Assembly (NCBI RefSeq): GCF_006345805.1
Contig: NW_021835108.1
Span: 1 to 42,847 of the forward strand
Source: Octopus sinensis
Taxonomy: Eukaryota
Direction of reading: 5' to 3'
Length of the DNA: 42,847 nt
The notes under the pieces are model-generated. The model had not been told where the DNA came from. It saw only the letters and a program-made list of their open reading frames with translations, and did no database searches. Below are positions 1 to 11,197 of the stretch, one piece after another. Every line of letters starts with the position of its first letter. The stretch's first letter is position 1. The translations under genes were made by a program, and so were the position numbers.

Positions 1-125
1 AATCAACAACAAACAGCAATAAGAAAGCTACAAAACATCTTAGAATTATTTCAATAATATAGATTTATGTATTATTTTATATTCACACGTTCTATTTTTA
101 AATATATAACAGTATGTGTTCGTGT

Positions 126-127
<2 letters not shown>

Positions 128-157
<30 letters not shown>

Positions 158-241
158 TGTATGTATGTATGTATGTATGTATGTGTGTATGTATATATGT
201 ATGTGTGTATGTATGTATATATATATATATATATATATATA
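128..241. repeat. (TATG)n + (TA)n compound microsatellite
   Basis: Direct reading: tgtatgtatg... followed by an (AT)n run; explains the MYVC/HTYI ORFs. Confidence 0.95.
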
Positions 242-626
242 CATGTGCATATGTGTGGGTGGTTGTGCGAGTGTGAATGTGTATGTATTATTGTTTGCAT
301 ATGTGTATGTATATGGAGAGATACGTGTCCTTACATAGTTCTTCATCTGTGTGTATTTGTGTGTTTCTTATATATATATATATATATATATTATGTATAT
401 GTTATACATAAGATTAACATATGCGTATATGTATATTGAATATAATAATGCGCACGAAGTGTACGTATTTCACATTTATACACATATGGTGGTGCCACAT
501 GTACCGGGCTTACAACAGCTAAAAAAGCGTTACGATTATTGTATCGTTGACACAGAAACTTCAAGTTGTGAATGTAAGTCTCCGTACCTATACCATTCAA
601 TAAATGCATAAACGTACATACATATC

Positions 627-628
<2 letters not shown>

Positions 629-686
<58 letters not shown>

Positions 687-712
687 TTATATATATATAT
701 ATATATATATAT
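629..712. repeat. (CA)n + (TA)n microsatellite
   Basis: Direct reading. Confidence 0.95.
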
Positions 713-1579
713 GCTCGAAAGAATGTATGTTTATTTGTATGAATATATACTCTGATAGGCAGATAGTCAGCGAGACACACACACTGACAGATATCTGTTG
801 GGATGATAATAGATACAGTAAGTCGATCGGTTCGATGGTTACCCAGATTAAACAGATCTACGACATGGCGTTCTGTACCAGATCATTTTTGAAGGATATT
901 TCTATCTAGAATTACAATATACGCAACGTTAGTTACAATTTAGAAGGTATAGTGTTATTTAAGAAGGAATTAATTGCTATTTCTACTGGATCGAGGAAGT
1001 ACATAAATAAGTCCTTTATTTGAATCAATAAGATTTGTTTTCTACCAAATATGCGATGCTTTCTATACATGCTAACATGGGCATGAATTAAATTATATAA
1101 ATAGCTCTAGCCGTGAAGTGAAAACAATATCTTAGGGAACGATTCACGTCAGTATGTTGCTTTCTAAATGACAGAATTTGTACTCACGAAATTAATTTGT
1201 GGATGGGTGAATATTCTTCAGAATTGTATACTTTTATTGTTATACTTACCACGATTTGAATCAGTGCAAAGCTGTGTAGCAAAACTGGGTGTATGAAATA
1301 TTGTTTCAAGCCAGAACGTCGAAAAGAAGGTGTGATATATTCACTCTGTGTGTGTATGTGTGTAATTGTAAAAAAAAAACATTAAAAACATTTTAATTCA
1401 CAGAGTATTCGTAATATATTTTTCTTCTCTACAGCTGTTTCGATGAATAACTGTAAAACATCATCATTTTTATAATTACACAATTAAGATACGTAATTAG
1501 TTAATTGAAATGTGATGGTTAAAATCTATCATCAGAAGTGAAATATTAGAATCAAAAGAACGTACAGCATTTAACACAC

Positions 1580-1626
<47 letters not shown>

Positions 1627-1630
1627 TCTT

Positions 1631-1752
1631 CCCGAAACGTTGAAAGGCACACTTGACCTCGGTAGTGTTTGAACTTAGGGCGCAGATAGCTGGAACGAAT
1701 AGCGTAAGAAATTTTATCCGACGCTCTAACGAATCTGGCAATTCGCCGCCTT
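1631..1752 (-). mobile_element. tRNA-derived SINE family A, degenerate 5' part
   Basis: Reverse complement resembles the head of the 3929 copy (ggcggcgaattgccagattcgttagagcg...agttcaaacactaccgaggtcaag). Confidence 0.75.
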
Positions 1753-2345
1753 GCTCTAATGATTATTATTCGCTGTATGAATTTTGCTTTGTTCTAAAAA
1801 TATCTTAACATTCTTTGATGATAATTAAACTCTGCTCACGTTATGCTTTGTAATTTAAAAAAGAAAACTAAAAGTAAAATACAAATAAATATTTGAAAAT
1901 GCCAGGAAATAAACCAAAAGAATGCGTTGTCTTCATCACACAAATATTTCTTCCAGTCATGCACATCTCGTCTCATTCTATACCTATGAGTACATTATCT
2001 AATTTGGTCATTTTTTTGTTTTTAGGATTACAGTGCATGAGATTTAAAAGAAATTCGGTTAGTCCCTCTTCCAGCCTTTGTCTATGTACGGATTCCTTTT
2101 CGTGAAAACTTCTGTCGTTGAGGATGTCGTTGATTATGTCTCCAGTGTGAGCAAGTGATAACAGTAATTAAATGTCGAAATATTTTACTTATTAGGTATA
2201 AATTCATAACACGCTACTTTTTAATTTGATAACACACAAATCTATGTTTAGCGAAATTCGTACCAGTTTCCACACATACCTATATACCATATATGTAGAA
2301 ACATAAGTCCGCATATATATATAAGATATAATTAAGATTCAGTTA

Positions 2346-2387
2346 AATTAGGTACTTAAGTTGAGGCACCAACTTAAGTACCTAATT
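2346..2387. repeat. Perfect 18-bp inverted repeat, 6-nt spacer
   Basis: aattaggtacttaagttg (2346-2363) / aggcac / caacttaagtacctaatt (2370-2387), exact reverse complements. Confidence 0.95.
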
Positions 2388-2543
2388 AAGTACCGTCCAG
2401 TATAGTTTGACATCCTTGTTACTTATTTGCCTTGTGTCTGTGTACGTGTGTGTGAGAAGAATCTTTGTTACGGCACACCTAATTAGTGCGATGAAAGATT
2501 TTTGTAGGTCAAGTTCCTTTATCATGGGAATACAAAATAAATT

Positions 2544-2743
2544 AAAGAATTCATCGAGATGTTCGGTTTCAAGAGCTCCAATATTACAATCCAAAGAAAA
2601 GCAGTTTTAGAAAACCTTACGATCGTTTCGAGGAATGCGTTTGTATTGGACAAGTTTTCCAGCCGATACAAGCGCATTGCTCGAAGCGATCGTAAGGTTT
2701 TGTAACACTGCTTTTCTTTGGCAAACATTTCGATGAATTTTTT
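2544..2743 (+). other. Long hairpin: 59-bp ungapped inner stem plus 20-bp outer stem
   Basis: 2591-2649 pairs with 2663-2721 (53 Watson-Crick, 3 G:T, 3 mismatches, 13-nt loop); 2544-2563 pairs with 2724-2743 (18 Watson-Crick, 2 G:T). Checked base by base. Confidence 0.9.
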
Positions 2744-2888
2744 GTATGTATTTATGTATTTCTACACACACACTATTCACGTACGGTTATATAAGCATGT
2801 ATGCGTATGTATGCTTGTCTATACTTGCATATATGTTTGTTATATATATATATATGTATGTATATATATATATATATATACACACACA

Positions 2889-2932
2889 TGAGGGGTACTG
2901 AAAAGTCCTGGCTTTAAATGTGTCACGAATAT
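2889..2932 (+). mobile_element. Tc1/mariner-type terminal inverted repeat remnant
   Basis: tgaggggtactgaaaagtcctggcttt resembles mariner TIR starts (TA-CGAGGGG..CTGAAAAGT); the partner TIR is not seen. Confidence 0.5.
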
Positions 2933-2999
2933 CGCTTCCGTAACTAATCTAGCTTTTGAGTAAGTTGTTTATTTGATAGTTAATTTATTAAATGGTTTA

Positions 3000-3790
3000 C
3001 TGCCTATTGTTTTTAGTTCCTTTCATACAAATATAATAATCTACATAAGATTCTTTATGGCTCTTGTTAAAAATTGTTGTGTAAAAGCTTGCCAGCCCCA
3101 GGAAACTCTATAATCAAAGGGATTTCTTATATATCTTCTCTTCAGACATGGTATTTTCAAGGCTCTATAGTTCAAATATGTCCATTTGTTTGTAAAATGC
3201 GATAAACTGTTATTTAAAAGAATTTTGAGTGTTGTTTTAGCAGGTTAAAGACTGCGTAGACTCTACAGAATTGGCTTATGAGTAAGTAGACGGATGCGTA
3301 GTTCTTTACATCTGATGTAAACTATTAGAGTCATGATCCTTACATACTTAAAATGGACACGCGAATTTGTGAAGTTCATTGACTTTTATACATTTCATCA
3401 GTGATGGTGGGAATTTCTTTATGAATTTCACAATATATCAGTACAAATTTTGAATTGAATGTAACGAGGTGGGTTTACTTTTGAGTGTGGTTTTGATGGT
3501 GCGCATGTGTTTATCTCCACTTAAGTGTAAATGCACTTGATTCATATTATATTCTTTTATTGTAATTCTTTGCTAATAACTAGGTTATAACTGTGGCTTT
3601 ATAGTATTGAATATTTTAAACCTTATTGTTATATAAGTCGGTCAATGAAACTATTTAAAACTCTAATAATACCCAGCATTGTTTTACCCTTGTTGTTTCA
3701 TTATGCTATTCCTGCTTTTGTGAAGGGGAATCTAATAACAGATGTGAGTAGGGATTTTTTGTAAGCAAGAGATTATAGATATTTTATCTC
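3000..3790 (-). pseudogene. Highly decayed Ty3/Gypsy reverse transcriptase relic
   Basis: Minus-strand 3107-3081 translates SFLGLASFY (Gypsy motif [RS]FLGLxxYYR). Weaker traces lie upstream in the expected order: TMLGIIR (~3680), ...CPF (~3355), ASVYL lacking DD (~3290). Many stops and frameshifts. Confidence 0.5.
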
Positions 3791-3928
3791 TTACTCTCTT
3801 AATGCATGAACATTTCTAAGTTTCTTTTGCGAATAGGGATTCTGTAACTTAACTGAAATACTATGAATATTAGAACCTTTAACCTGTATCGGTAAAGATA
3901 TATTTTAAAATATGTTAAGGAAGTTAAA

Positions 3929-4325
3929 GCGGCGAGCTAGCAGAAACGTTAGTACGCCGAGCGAAATGCTTAGCGGTATTTCGTCTGCCGTTACGTTCTG
4001 AGTTCAAAATCCGGCGAGGTCGCCTTTGCCTTTCATCCTTTCGGGGTCGATAAATTAAGTACCAGTTACGCACTGGGGCCGATATAATCAACTTAATCCC
4101 TCTGTCCTTGTTTGTCTCCTCTGTGTTTAGCCCCTTGTGGGTAGTAAAGAAATAGGTATTTCATATGTCTTAACGTTCTGAGTCCAAATTCCGCCGAGGT
4201 AGACTTTGCCTTTCATTCTTTCGGGTTCAATAAAATAAGTACCAGCCAGTTGCGTACTGGAGTGGATCTCATCGACTGGTCCCCTCCCACAAAATTTGGG
4301 GTCTTATGCCTAGAGAAGCAAAGAA
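3929..4325 (+). mobile_element. tRNA-derived SINE family A (Nin/Deu-like domain), dimeric copy with 10-bp TSD
   Basis: Head gcggcgagctagcagaaacgttag with B-box-like gagttcaaaatcc; body gcctttcatcctttcggggtcgataaattaagtaccag; second partial unit from ~4155; flanked by aaggaagtta at 3917-3926 and 4332-4341. Confidence 0.9.
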
Positions 4326-4566
4326 TATATCAAGGAAGTTACAATAAACTAATTTTCACTTAGTTGCTTGATATGTTTGGAAAAAAGCATTGAAAATTAA
4401 ATACCCTAAAATGCAATATTACTCTCTTAAAAAAAAGAAAGATTATTGCATATTATGTATGTAGTCCTGGATAATCCCAAAAGTTCTCAAAGTTTACAGG
4501 TGGAATGATTTAAACTCTAGACCAGCTGAATCAGATTTGAATCTGGATTAAATGAAAAAAGAAATA

Positions 4567-4760
4567 CTCATCTGGGCCTCAATATTCCACCTGCTCAAAA
4601 CAAGCAAGATCCAGCCTCTCACACATATCCAACAATGTTATTTAGAGAAGGAACAATCATATCATGAAAATCTAGAAGCTGCGATGTAACGCAGTATTAA
4701 CTCTTTGAAAATATGAATCAATAGACTTTAAATTTCACAGAGTATTCTAAATGCTAACAA
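4567..4760 (+). mobile_element. Degenerate copy of the MITE at 24612-24967
   Basis: Shares agatc(c/t)agcctctcacac...aatgt(t/c)att...atcat..aaatct with 24805-24870. Confidence 0.6.
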
Positions 4761-4883
4761 CGAAATATTTACTGATATTGCATATTTCAATCAAAGATGA
4801 ACTTAGCAATGTATCTTCTCTATCTCTGACTTTTTGCCTCTCTCCCCCCTCTCTCTCTCTCTCTTGATATATATATATCTATC

Positions 4884-4914
<31 letters not shown>

Positions 4915-4918
4915 CTTA

Positions 4919-5065
4919 TTTTCTCTCCGTTTTCTCTGTTCCTCTCTATCGAAGAGCGTAGGCTCGAAATGTAACAGCCTTTCTCAATTCCCGAGCGTTA
5001 AACTAACACATCTGTTAGTTGTTTACACACCCGGCTTCATTTTTGTTTTTTGTGTGTAAATTCTC
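4919..5065 (+). mobile_element. Short Penelope-like element with degenerate hammerhead motif
   Basis: ctatcga-a-gagc-gtag-gctc-gaaa-t-gta at ~4946-4973; shares downstream ttcc..gagcgt...taacac with the element at 5511-5710; embedded between (TA)n tracts. Confidence 0.55.
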
Positions 5066-5088
5066 TCTCTCTATATATATATATAAAC

Positions 5089-5452
5089 GTATAATAGATA
5101 CAATAGAAAAGGTTTAAATCCTGCAGACTAATATTAACGCATACATACATACACGGGTTTAATTAAGATAAAATTGTCCAATCTGAACAGATATTGATAT
5201 ATTAGAAATATAAAAATACAGAAATAAAAGAAAAATATATGAATGCTAAAAATATTCATGGATATATAGAGATATAGATATATAATTATAATTATAATGG
5301 AATATAGATAAGATTCATATTGAAATATTTTTAATATATCAATATATGATTCAGATTGGACAATTCTCATTTTATCCTAATTAAACCCGTATGTGTATGA
5401 TGAGTTAATCGTAGTCTGCTCATTCGAACCTTTTCTATTGCATCTGTTATAC
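5089..5452. mobile_element. Foldback / MITE-like imperfect palindrome
   Basis: 5089-~5210 aligns with the reverse complement of ~5325-5452 (e.g. caatagaaaaggtt/aaccttttctattg, acgggtttaatta/taattaaacccgt, aattgtccaatctgaa/ttcagattggacaatt); AT-rich centre. Confidence 0.85.
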
Positions 5453-5510
5453 TTGTCTAGCGCCTCGAGTTCGAATTGAGCACTCTTTATAATTATAATT
5501 ATATATACAT

Positions 5511-5710
5511 ATAAAGTTAATCTAAACATGAAAACACAACAACGCGAGGACGTGGAACAAGTATAGTGTTACTGGACGCTCAGGCAGGAAGAGAAGGAGG
5601 AGGGTTTAACGTTTCGAGAGGAGCTCTTCGTCAGAAACATAGGAAAAGGAAAGATCCACAAAAGGTAATACGGAGGGGAAAAATCGCCAACGGTACACAC
5701 GCGGTCACAT
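5511..5710 (-). mobile_element. Short Penelope-like (pLTR-like) element carrying a hammerhead motif
   Basis: Non-coding, pyrimidine-rich on the minus strand, flanked by (TA)n on both sides, contains the core at 5604-5638. Confidence 0.6.
5604..5638 (-). ncRNA. Minimal type I hammerhead ribozyme motif
   Basis: Minus strand reads GUUU-CUGACGA-A-GAG-CUCCU-CUC-GAAAC-GUU-AAAC: stem I GUUU/AAAC, CUGANGA box, stem II GAG/CUC, GAAA box, palindromic AACGUU as stem III. Confidence 0.7.
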
Positions 5711-5729
5711 ATATATTTATACATATATA

Positions 5730-5774
<45 letters not shown>

Positions 5775-6705
5775 GTATGTATGCGTGTGTGTATATGTAT
5801 ACACACATGTATATATATATATATACTGGCACATTCAGTCACAGAAAATAACAAAAATATACATAGAAAAACATATAAAACATGCAAAAGTCATTCACAG
5901 ACTAATGAATATACACATGTACACGGCAAGAGACACACATGAACACATTGTACATGATACAAGAGAGAAAAATAATACTTTTTTGAACTGTTTAAATACG
6001 ATGACATGCTTCATAAATAGACGAACACGTTATTGTTATTATAAAGAAAAAAAAAGGATTAATACAAGTAGTAGTATTGTTAGTGGCATTTGCATTACTC
6101 AGCGAGTTCACATATGCTGGGGTCGTGTCTGTGTGACACATCCGACTACACTACATACCCATATGCGTATAAGCAATTGTACATAAATGCATACATACCA
6201 GCAGATACGCTTACAAACAGACAAGCAGAGTGTGTGAGATTGGCGTCACCCGTTTCCTAAATAGAGGAGCCACGTGATATTGTATCGAGGAATTGTTACA
6301 TATGCTGGATTAACCTTTGACCTAAATTTACTTTCAATATGGATGATAGCAATGACGACGACAACGACAAAGTTGGCCACGACGATGATAAATATTTGAC
6401 TGTGGTTATCTGAATAGCATCGAAGGAACGATAGGGTCTACCCAGAAAAAAATTCATAATTTCCTATGTGTTTTGTACTATTATGCATTATAGTATTGAT
6501 ATTCACAACGTCATTTCAAATATTTATGCCCCAAATATCAAGTACGTCTGCAATTTCATTCCATAATTGAGGTCCCCGAAAACTCAACAATCGGACCGGG
6601 TTTAAGGCGGTCAAGATCCGGATCACATCCTGGATTTCATTCCCGCTGATGAAGATAATGTTCTTGAAAGTGCACCATTCCAATATGTTTCATTATTTCA
6701 ATGCT

Positions 6706-6853
6706 GTGTATGTATATACGTATGTATGTACGTATGTATGTATGTATGTATGTATGTATGTATGTATGTATGTTTGTATGTATGTATGCATGTATGTATC
6801 TATGCATGCATGCATATATGTATGTTTGCATATACATACATACATACGTACAA

Positions 6854-6888
<35 letters not shown>

Positions 6889-6907
6889 TATATATATATA
6901 TATACAT

Positions 6908-6976
<69 letters not shown>

Positions 6977-6978
6977 TA

Positions 6979-7054
<76 letters not shown>

Positions 7055-7059
7055 TATAT
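6706..7059. repeat. (TATG)n/(CATA)n/(TA)n microsatellite field
   Basis: Direct reading. Confidence 0.95.
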
Positions 7060-7629
7060 GAAACTGATAAATATTGGTGGATAAATATTCTTTATTTGTT
7101 CGTTAAAACAAGGCTACCATTAGTTTCATGTCGATAATTCACTGCAATTATCGGGCCTGCAAAATGTGTCGTAGTTACGCGTCTCCATCTTGGATGAGAA
7201 TACTTGAAAGTCATACGATACTGCGCGACATTTCGGAATAAACGAATAAACATACAAATATGTGAATGAATATTTTGGGCGTGTGTGTATGTATATGAAA
7301 CAGTATGTATGCATGTGTCTTCTATCTTGTTTGATCCATTCAGTGTGTTGCCGTCCTACTGGAGCAAGATCTTGAAGAGATTTTAAAATCTTTTTAAAAT
7401 CATGTCGCTCAAATGCGTCTGATTATTTGTCGCGCTTAAGCGACAAATAAGAGATGATTTCATTATGTGTGTGCATATGTGTTTGCGTATAGATGTATGT
7501 ATCTAGGTTTGTATGGTGTATAAGTTTGTATACGTATCACTACACAGAACAATTGATAGTTTACTTGACTTGCTTATCCGGACACACTTGAATAGATATT
7601 TCTGTTATTCATATATGAATGTATTCAAA

Positions 7630-7813
7630 TAAACACACCCACAAGCACGCCAACACACAAATACACACACACACACATACACACGCACAAACACACACAT
7701 ACACGCACAAACACACACATACACGCACACGTACACACACAAGCACACATATTCGCACATATACACGTATACATATATATATGTATATATATATACATAT
7801 ACATATATATATA

Positions 7814-7905
<92 letters not shown>

Positions 7906-8165
7906 TTGAATAATACTACACGATTGTAGAGAGAGTAGCACAACAAAACACGCAAACATAAGCACACAGAAGAAATACATACACCCACCTATGTAAACGT
8001 ATGTGCATATATATATATTTATATATGCATGTATGTATGTATGCATACACAGACACACACGCATATATATATATATATTGGAGCGTATGTGTGTTTATAT
8101 GTATATATATATATGTGTGTGTGTGTGTATAAAATATATACATATATGTATATATACATACACAA
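7630..8165. repeat. (CA)n-(TA)n-(GA)n compound microsatellite field
   Basis: Direct reading. Confidence 0.9.
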
Positions 8166-8291
8166 AGATTACTCTAAATACACATACAAGCAAATAAACG
8201 TATATATGCATAGGGGTTGAGTACATCGTGACACATGAAAAGTTGCAACAACGAATGAGATACGAAGTGCTGTAGAATAGTAAAGAAACAT

Positions 8292-8327
8292 AACAACAAC
8301 AACAACAACAACGACGACGACAACAAC

Positions 8328-8368
<41 letters not shown>

Positions 8369-8546
8369 AATAATAATAATAATAATAAAAACAACAGCAA
8401 TAATAATAATAATAATAACAACAACAACAACAATAATACGAAGAACAAGAACAACAACAACTACACCAACAACAACGGGAACAACTGAAGCACCAGCAGC
8501 AAAAGCAACAAGAACGAAAATAACAACAACAAGAAGAACAACAACA
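8292..8546. repeat. (CAA)n/(TAA)n trinucleotide array
   Basis: Direct reading; source of the poly-L/poly-C/poly-Y ORFs. Confidence 0.95.
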
Positions 8547-8727
8547 GGAAGATAAAGACTGGGAAGGAGTGTAATGAAAGTTCAAAGAGATTACTCGGCT
8601 TTTATCAACACGATAATAAGATAGAAAGCTGTGTTTCATCGTCTTATGATTTAACTTCACCATCGTTTCTGTTGGCCTTAAAAGTAGGTCTTCTTTCATT
8701 CTTAGATGATACGATCCTTAAAACTGT

Positions 8728-8792
8728 GCACACACATATATATTTATATATATATATATAAATATATAATATAATAGTGTGCACATATATAT

Positions 8793-8827
<35 letters not shown>

Positions 8828-8840
8828 GTATATATATATA

Positions 8841-8889
<49 letters not shown>

Positions 8890-8937
8890 GTATATATATA
8901 TAATGTATATGTATATATATCTATATATCTATATATG

Positions 8938-8974
<37 letters not shown>

Positions 8975-9240
8975 ACACACACAAAATATAGAAACACACA
9001 ACTAGACAGATTTATAAGTATATATATATATATATTTATATATATAAATATACATGCATATATATAAATGTGTGTGTATGAATATTATATATATATATAT
9101 AATTATATATGTAGGTAGCATTAATGTATACATGGGTATTTACGTAGAGTATATGTATATACGTTTCTATGTACATACATATGTATGTGTGCGTGAATAT
9201 ATATATATATATATTTATTTATTTTTGTATATATGTTTAT
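8728..9240. repeat. (TA)n-rich microsatellite field
   Basis: Direct reading. Confidence 0.9.
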
Positions 9241-9728
9241 GTGAAATACCAAACATCATCTAAAGGTGCTCTGTGACCCATAGAAGTGACTAAGATATTT
9301 ACGTGAAACTCATTTAATAGTATCGGAATAAATAAAAACTCGATCCATTGCGTGTATGTATGTGTGCATCGGTGAGAATGTCTGTGCCCATGTGCTTTTG
9401 AGTATGTTTGTCAGCATCTATGAATAAACACAATAATACATTCACAGATGCATGCATCCTTTGACGCGATTGAACAACCAATCCCAACCAAATGGGTCTC
9501 ACATTACGGTTTATACTATTCATAGAAAACGTGGCTCGCAAGAATTCCGTTCGGCTTATTTTCCACAGTCACTATTTCACCTTTCAACGCGCCAATCCGT
9601 CGAAGGGTTCCCCATTAACTGTTGAAATGAAGTGCTTATTCAAAACATGCAATGCAAAGCCGGTCTCTTACACATTTGTAGTCGAAAATAAATGATTTCT
9701 CAAAAAAAAAAAAATAATAATAAAATAC

Positions 9729-9797
9729 ATCACACTGCCGGTCTGAGAATCGAAACCACGAACTCGGTAAACCTTGACCATGAGGCCGCGCGCCTTC
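9729..9797 (-). mobile_element. tRNA-like head remnant of SINE family C
   Basis: ccggtctgagaatcgaaaccacga matches ccggtctgagattcgaacccgcga at ~13844-13867. Confidence 0.65.
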
Positions 9798-10232
9798 TCT
9801 AAAATAACAGCTGTTAAGACGTTTACGCGACAGCCACATTGTTCCTGGATTGACAAGAGCGTACGACAGTTTGGTCAAGTTTTATGCAGAAAACTTCATA
9901 GAAACGTGCGGTGTATATGCGTCCATATTATTTCCGTTATTTGTTTTTCTGTATATCAGTCAAAAACCGATGGGTCAATGATGCATCTCATTATATCACC
10001 TAATGTAACGTTTCACTGAATAGTCATCAATCAAACGTATGAAAGGAAGGTGGTATCGTCATAAATGTCTAAGATCCTTAAACGAAGTACCAGAGCATAG
10101 GCACTGGCCACTGATTGTAGACGGGAAAATGAAAAGGGGGCACATACACTCACACACACACACTCACACATGCACATGAGAATGTATGTATGCATATATG
10201 TATATATATATATATTTATATATATGCATATA

Positions 10233-10265
<33 letters not shown>

Positions 10266-10489
10266 GTAGGCATATTTGTCTGCTTCCATATGTGTATATA
10301 TGTATGTATGTATGAAATCGTTTTCCCTTTAGTCCTTCAGTTGCTTCCTTAACGATTGGAATAGTGAGGTCCAAATTCGCAATTGAATTTTCCATGGAAT
10401 TAAACACACATGGTCACATCTACAAACACAAACACACAGAGGCACACTCAGACACATCTTCAGTGCCATACGTACTTACACATGTTTGC

Positions 10490-10609
10490 ATATACATACA
10501 TACATACATACATACATACATACATACATACATACATACATACATACATACATACATACATACATAAATACATACATGCACATATACGTAGATAGGTAGA
10601 TAGATAGAT

Positions 10610-10677
<68 letters not shown>

Positions 10678-10764
10678 GATATATATATAACGAATGCAAA
10701 AGTTATCACCGCGCTGATTGGAATATTGGATCCATCTAAATAACTGACAGAATATGTATGTGTA

Positions 10765-10822
<58 letters not shown>

Positions 10823-10856
10823 ATATATACTTATAAACACGCGTGCACACATACAT

Positions 10857-10887
<31 letters not shown>

Positions 10888-11125
10888 CATATATATATAT
10901 ACATACGAAAACAATGTAAAAACATGCAGACAAATAAAACTATTACCAAAACAAATGTCAAAGGACAAAACAACAATAACGACATCAAATGCATACATAC
11001 ATCCACCCATATACATAAATTTATATTTATATATATATAAATATACATATACGCGTGTGTGCATACATATATATATATATATAAATACATATATATATAT
11101 ATGTATATATATATTATATATATAT

Positions 11126-11190
<65 letters not shown>

Positions 11191-11197
11191 ATATATT
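10490..11197. repeat. (CATA)n, (GATA)n and (TA)n microsatellite field
   Basis: Direct reading. Confidence 0.95.

Noticed and set aside
1993-2168. Minus-strand stop-free stretch reading LAHTGDIINDILNDRSFHEKESVHRQRLEEGLTEFLLNLMH
   Set aside because: Protein-like composition, but bounded by stops, with no start, no convincing splice sites and no family recognised; would need BLASTX/RNA-seq.
3118-3146. Minus-strand ctgaaga...gaaa
   Set aside because: No stem II; lies within the Gypsy relic.
6646-6676. ctgatga...gaaa hammerhead-like spacing
   Set aside because: Stem II does not pair in register and there is no stem III/NUH triplet.
7423-7450. 11-bp perfect hairpin ttatttgtcgc/gcgacaaataa
   Set aside because: Borderline for chance in 43 kb of AT-rich DNA; no other support.
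8292-8560. Poly-Q/N-like coding potential
   Set aside because: The CAA frame is interrupted by TAA runs; simple repeat.
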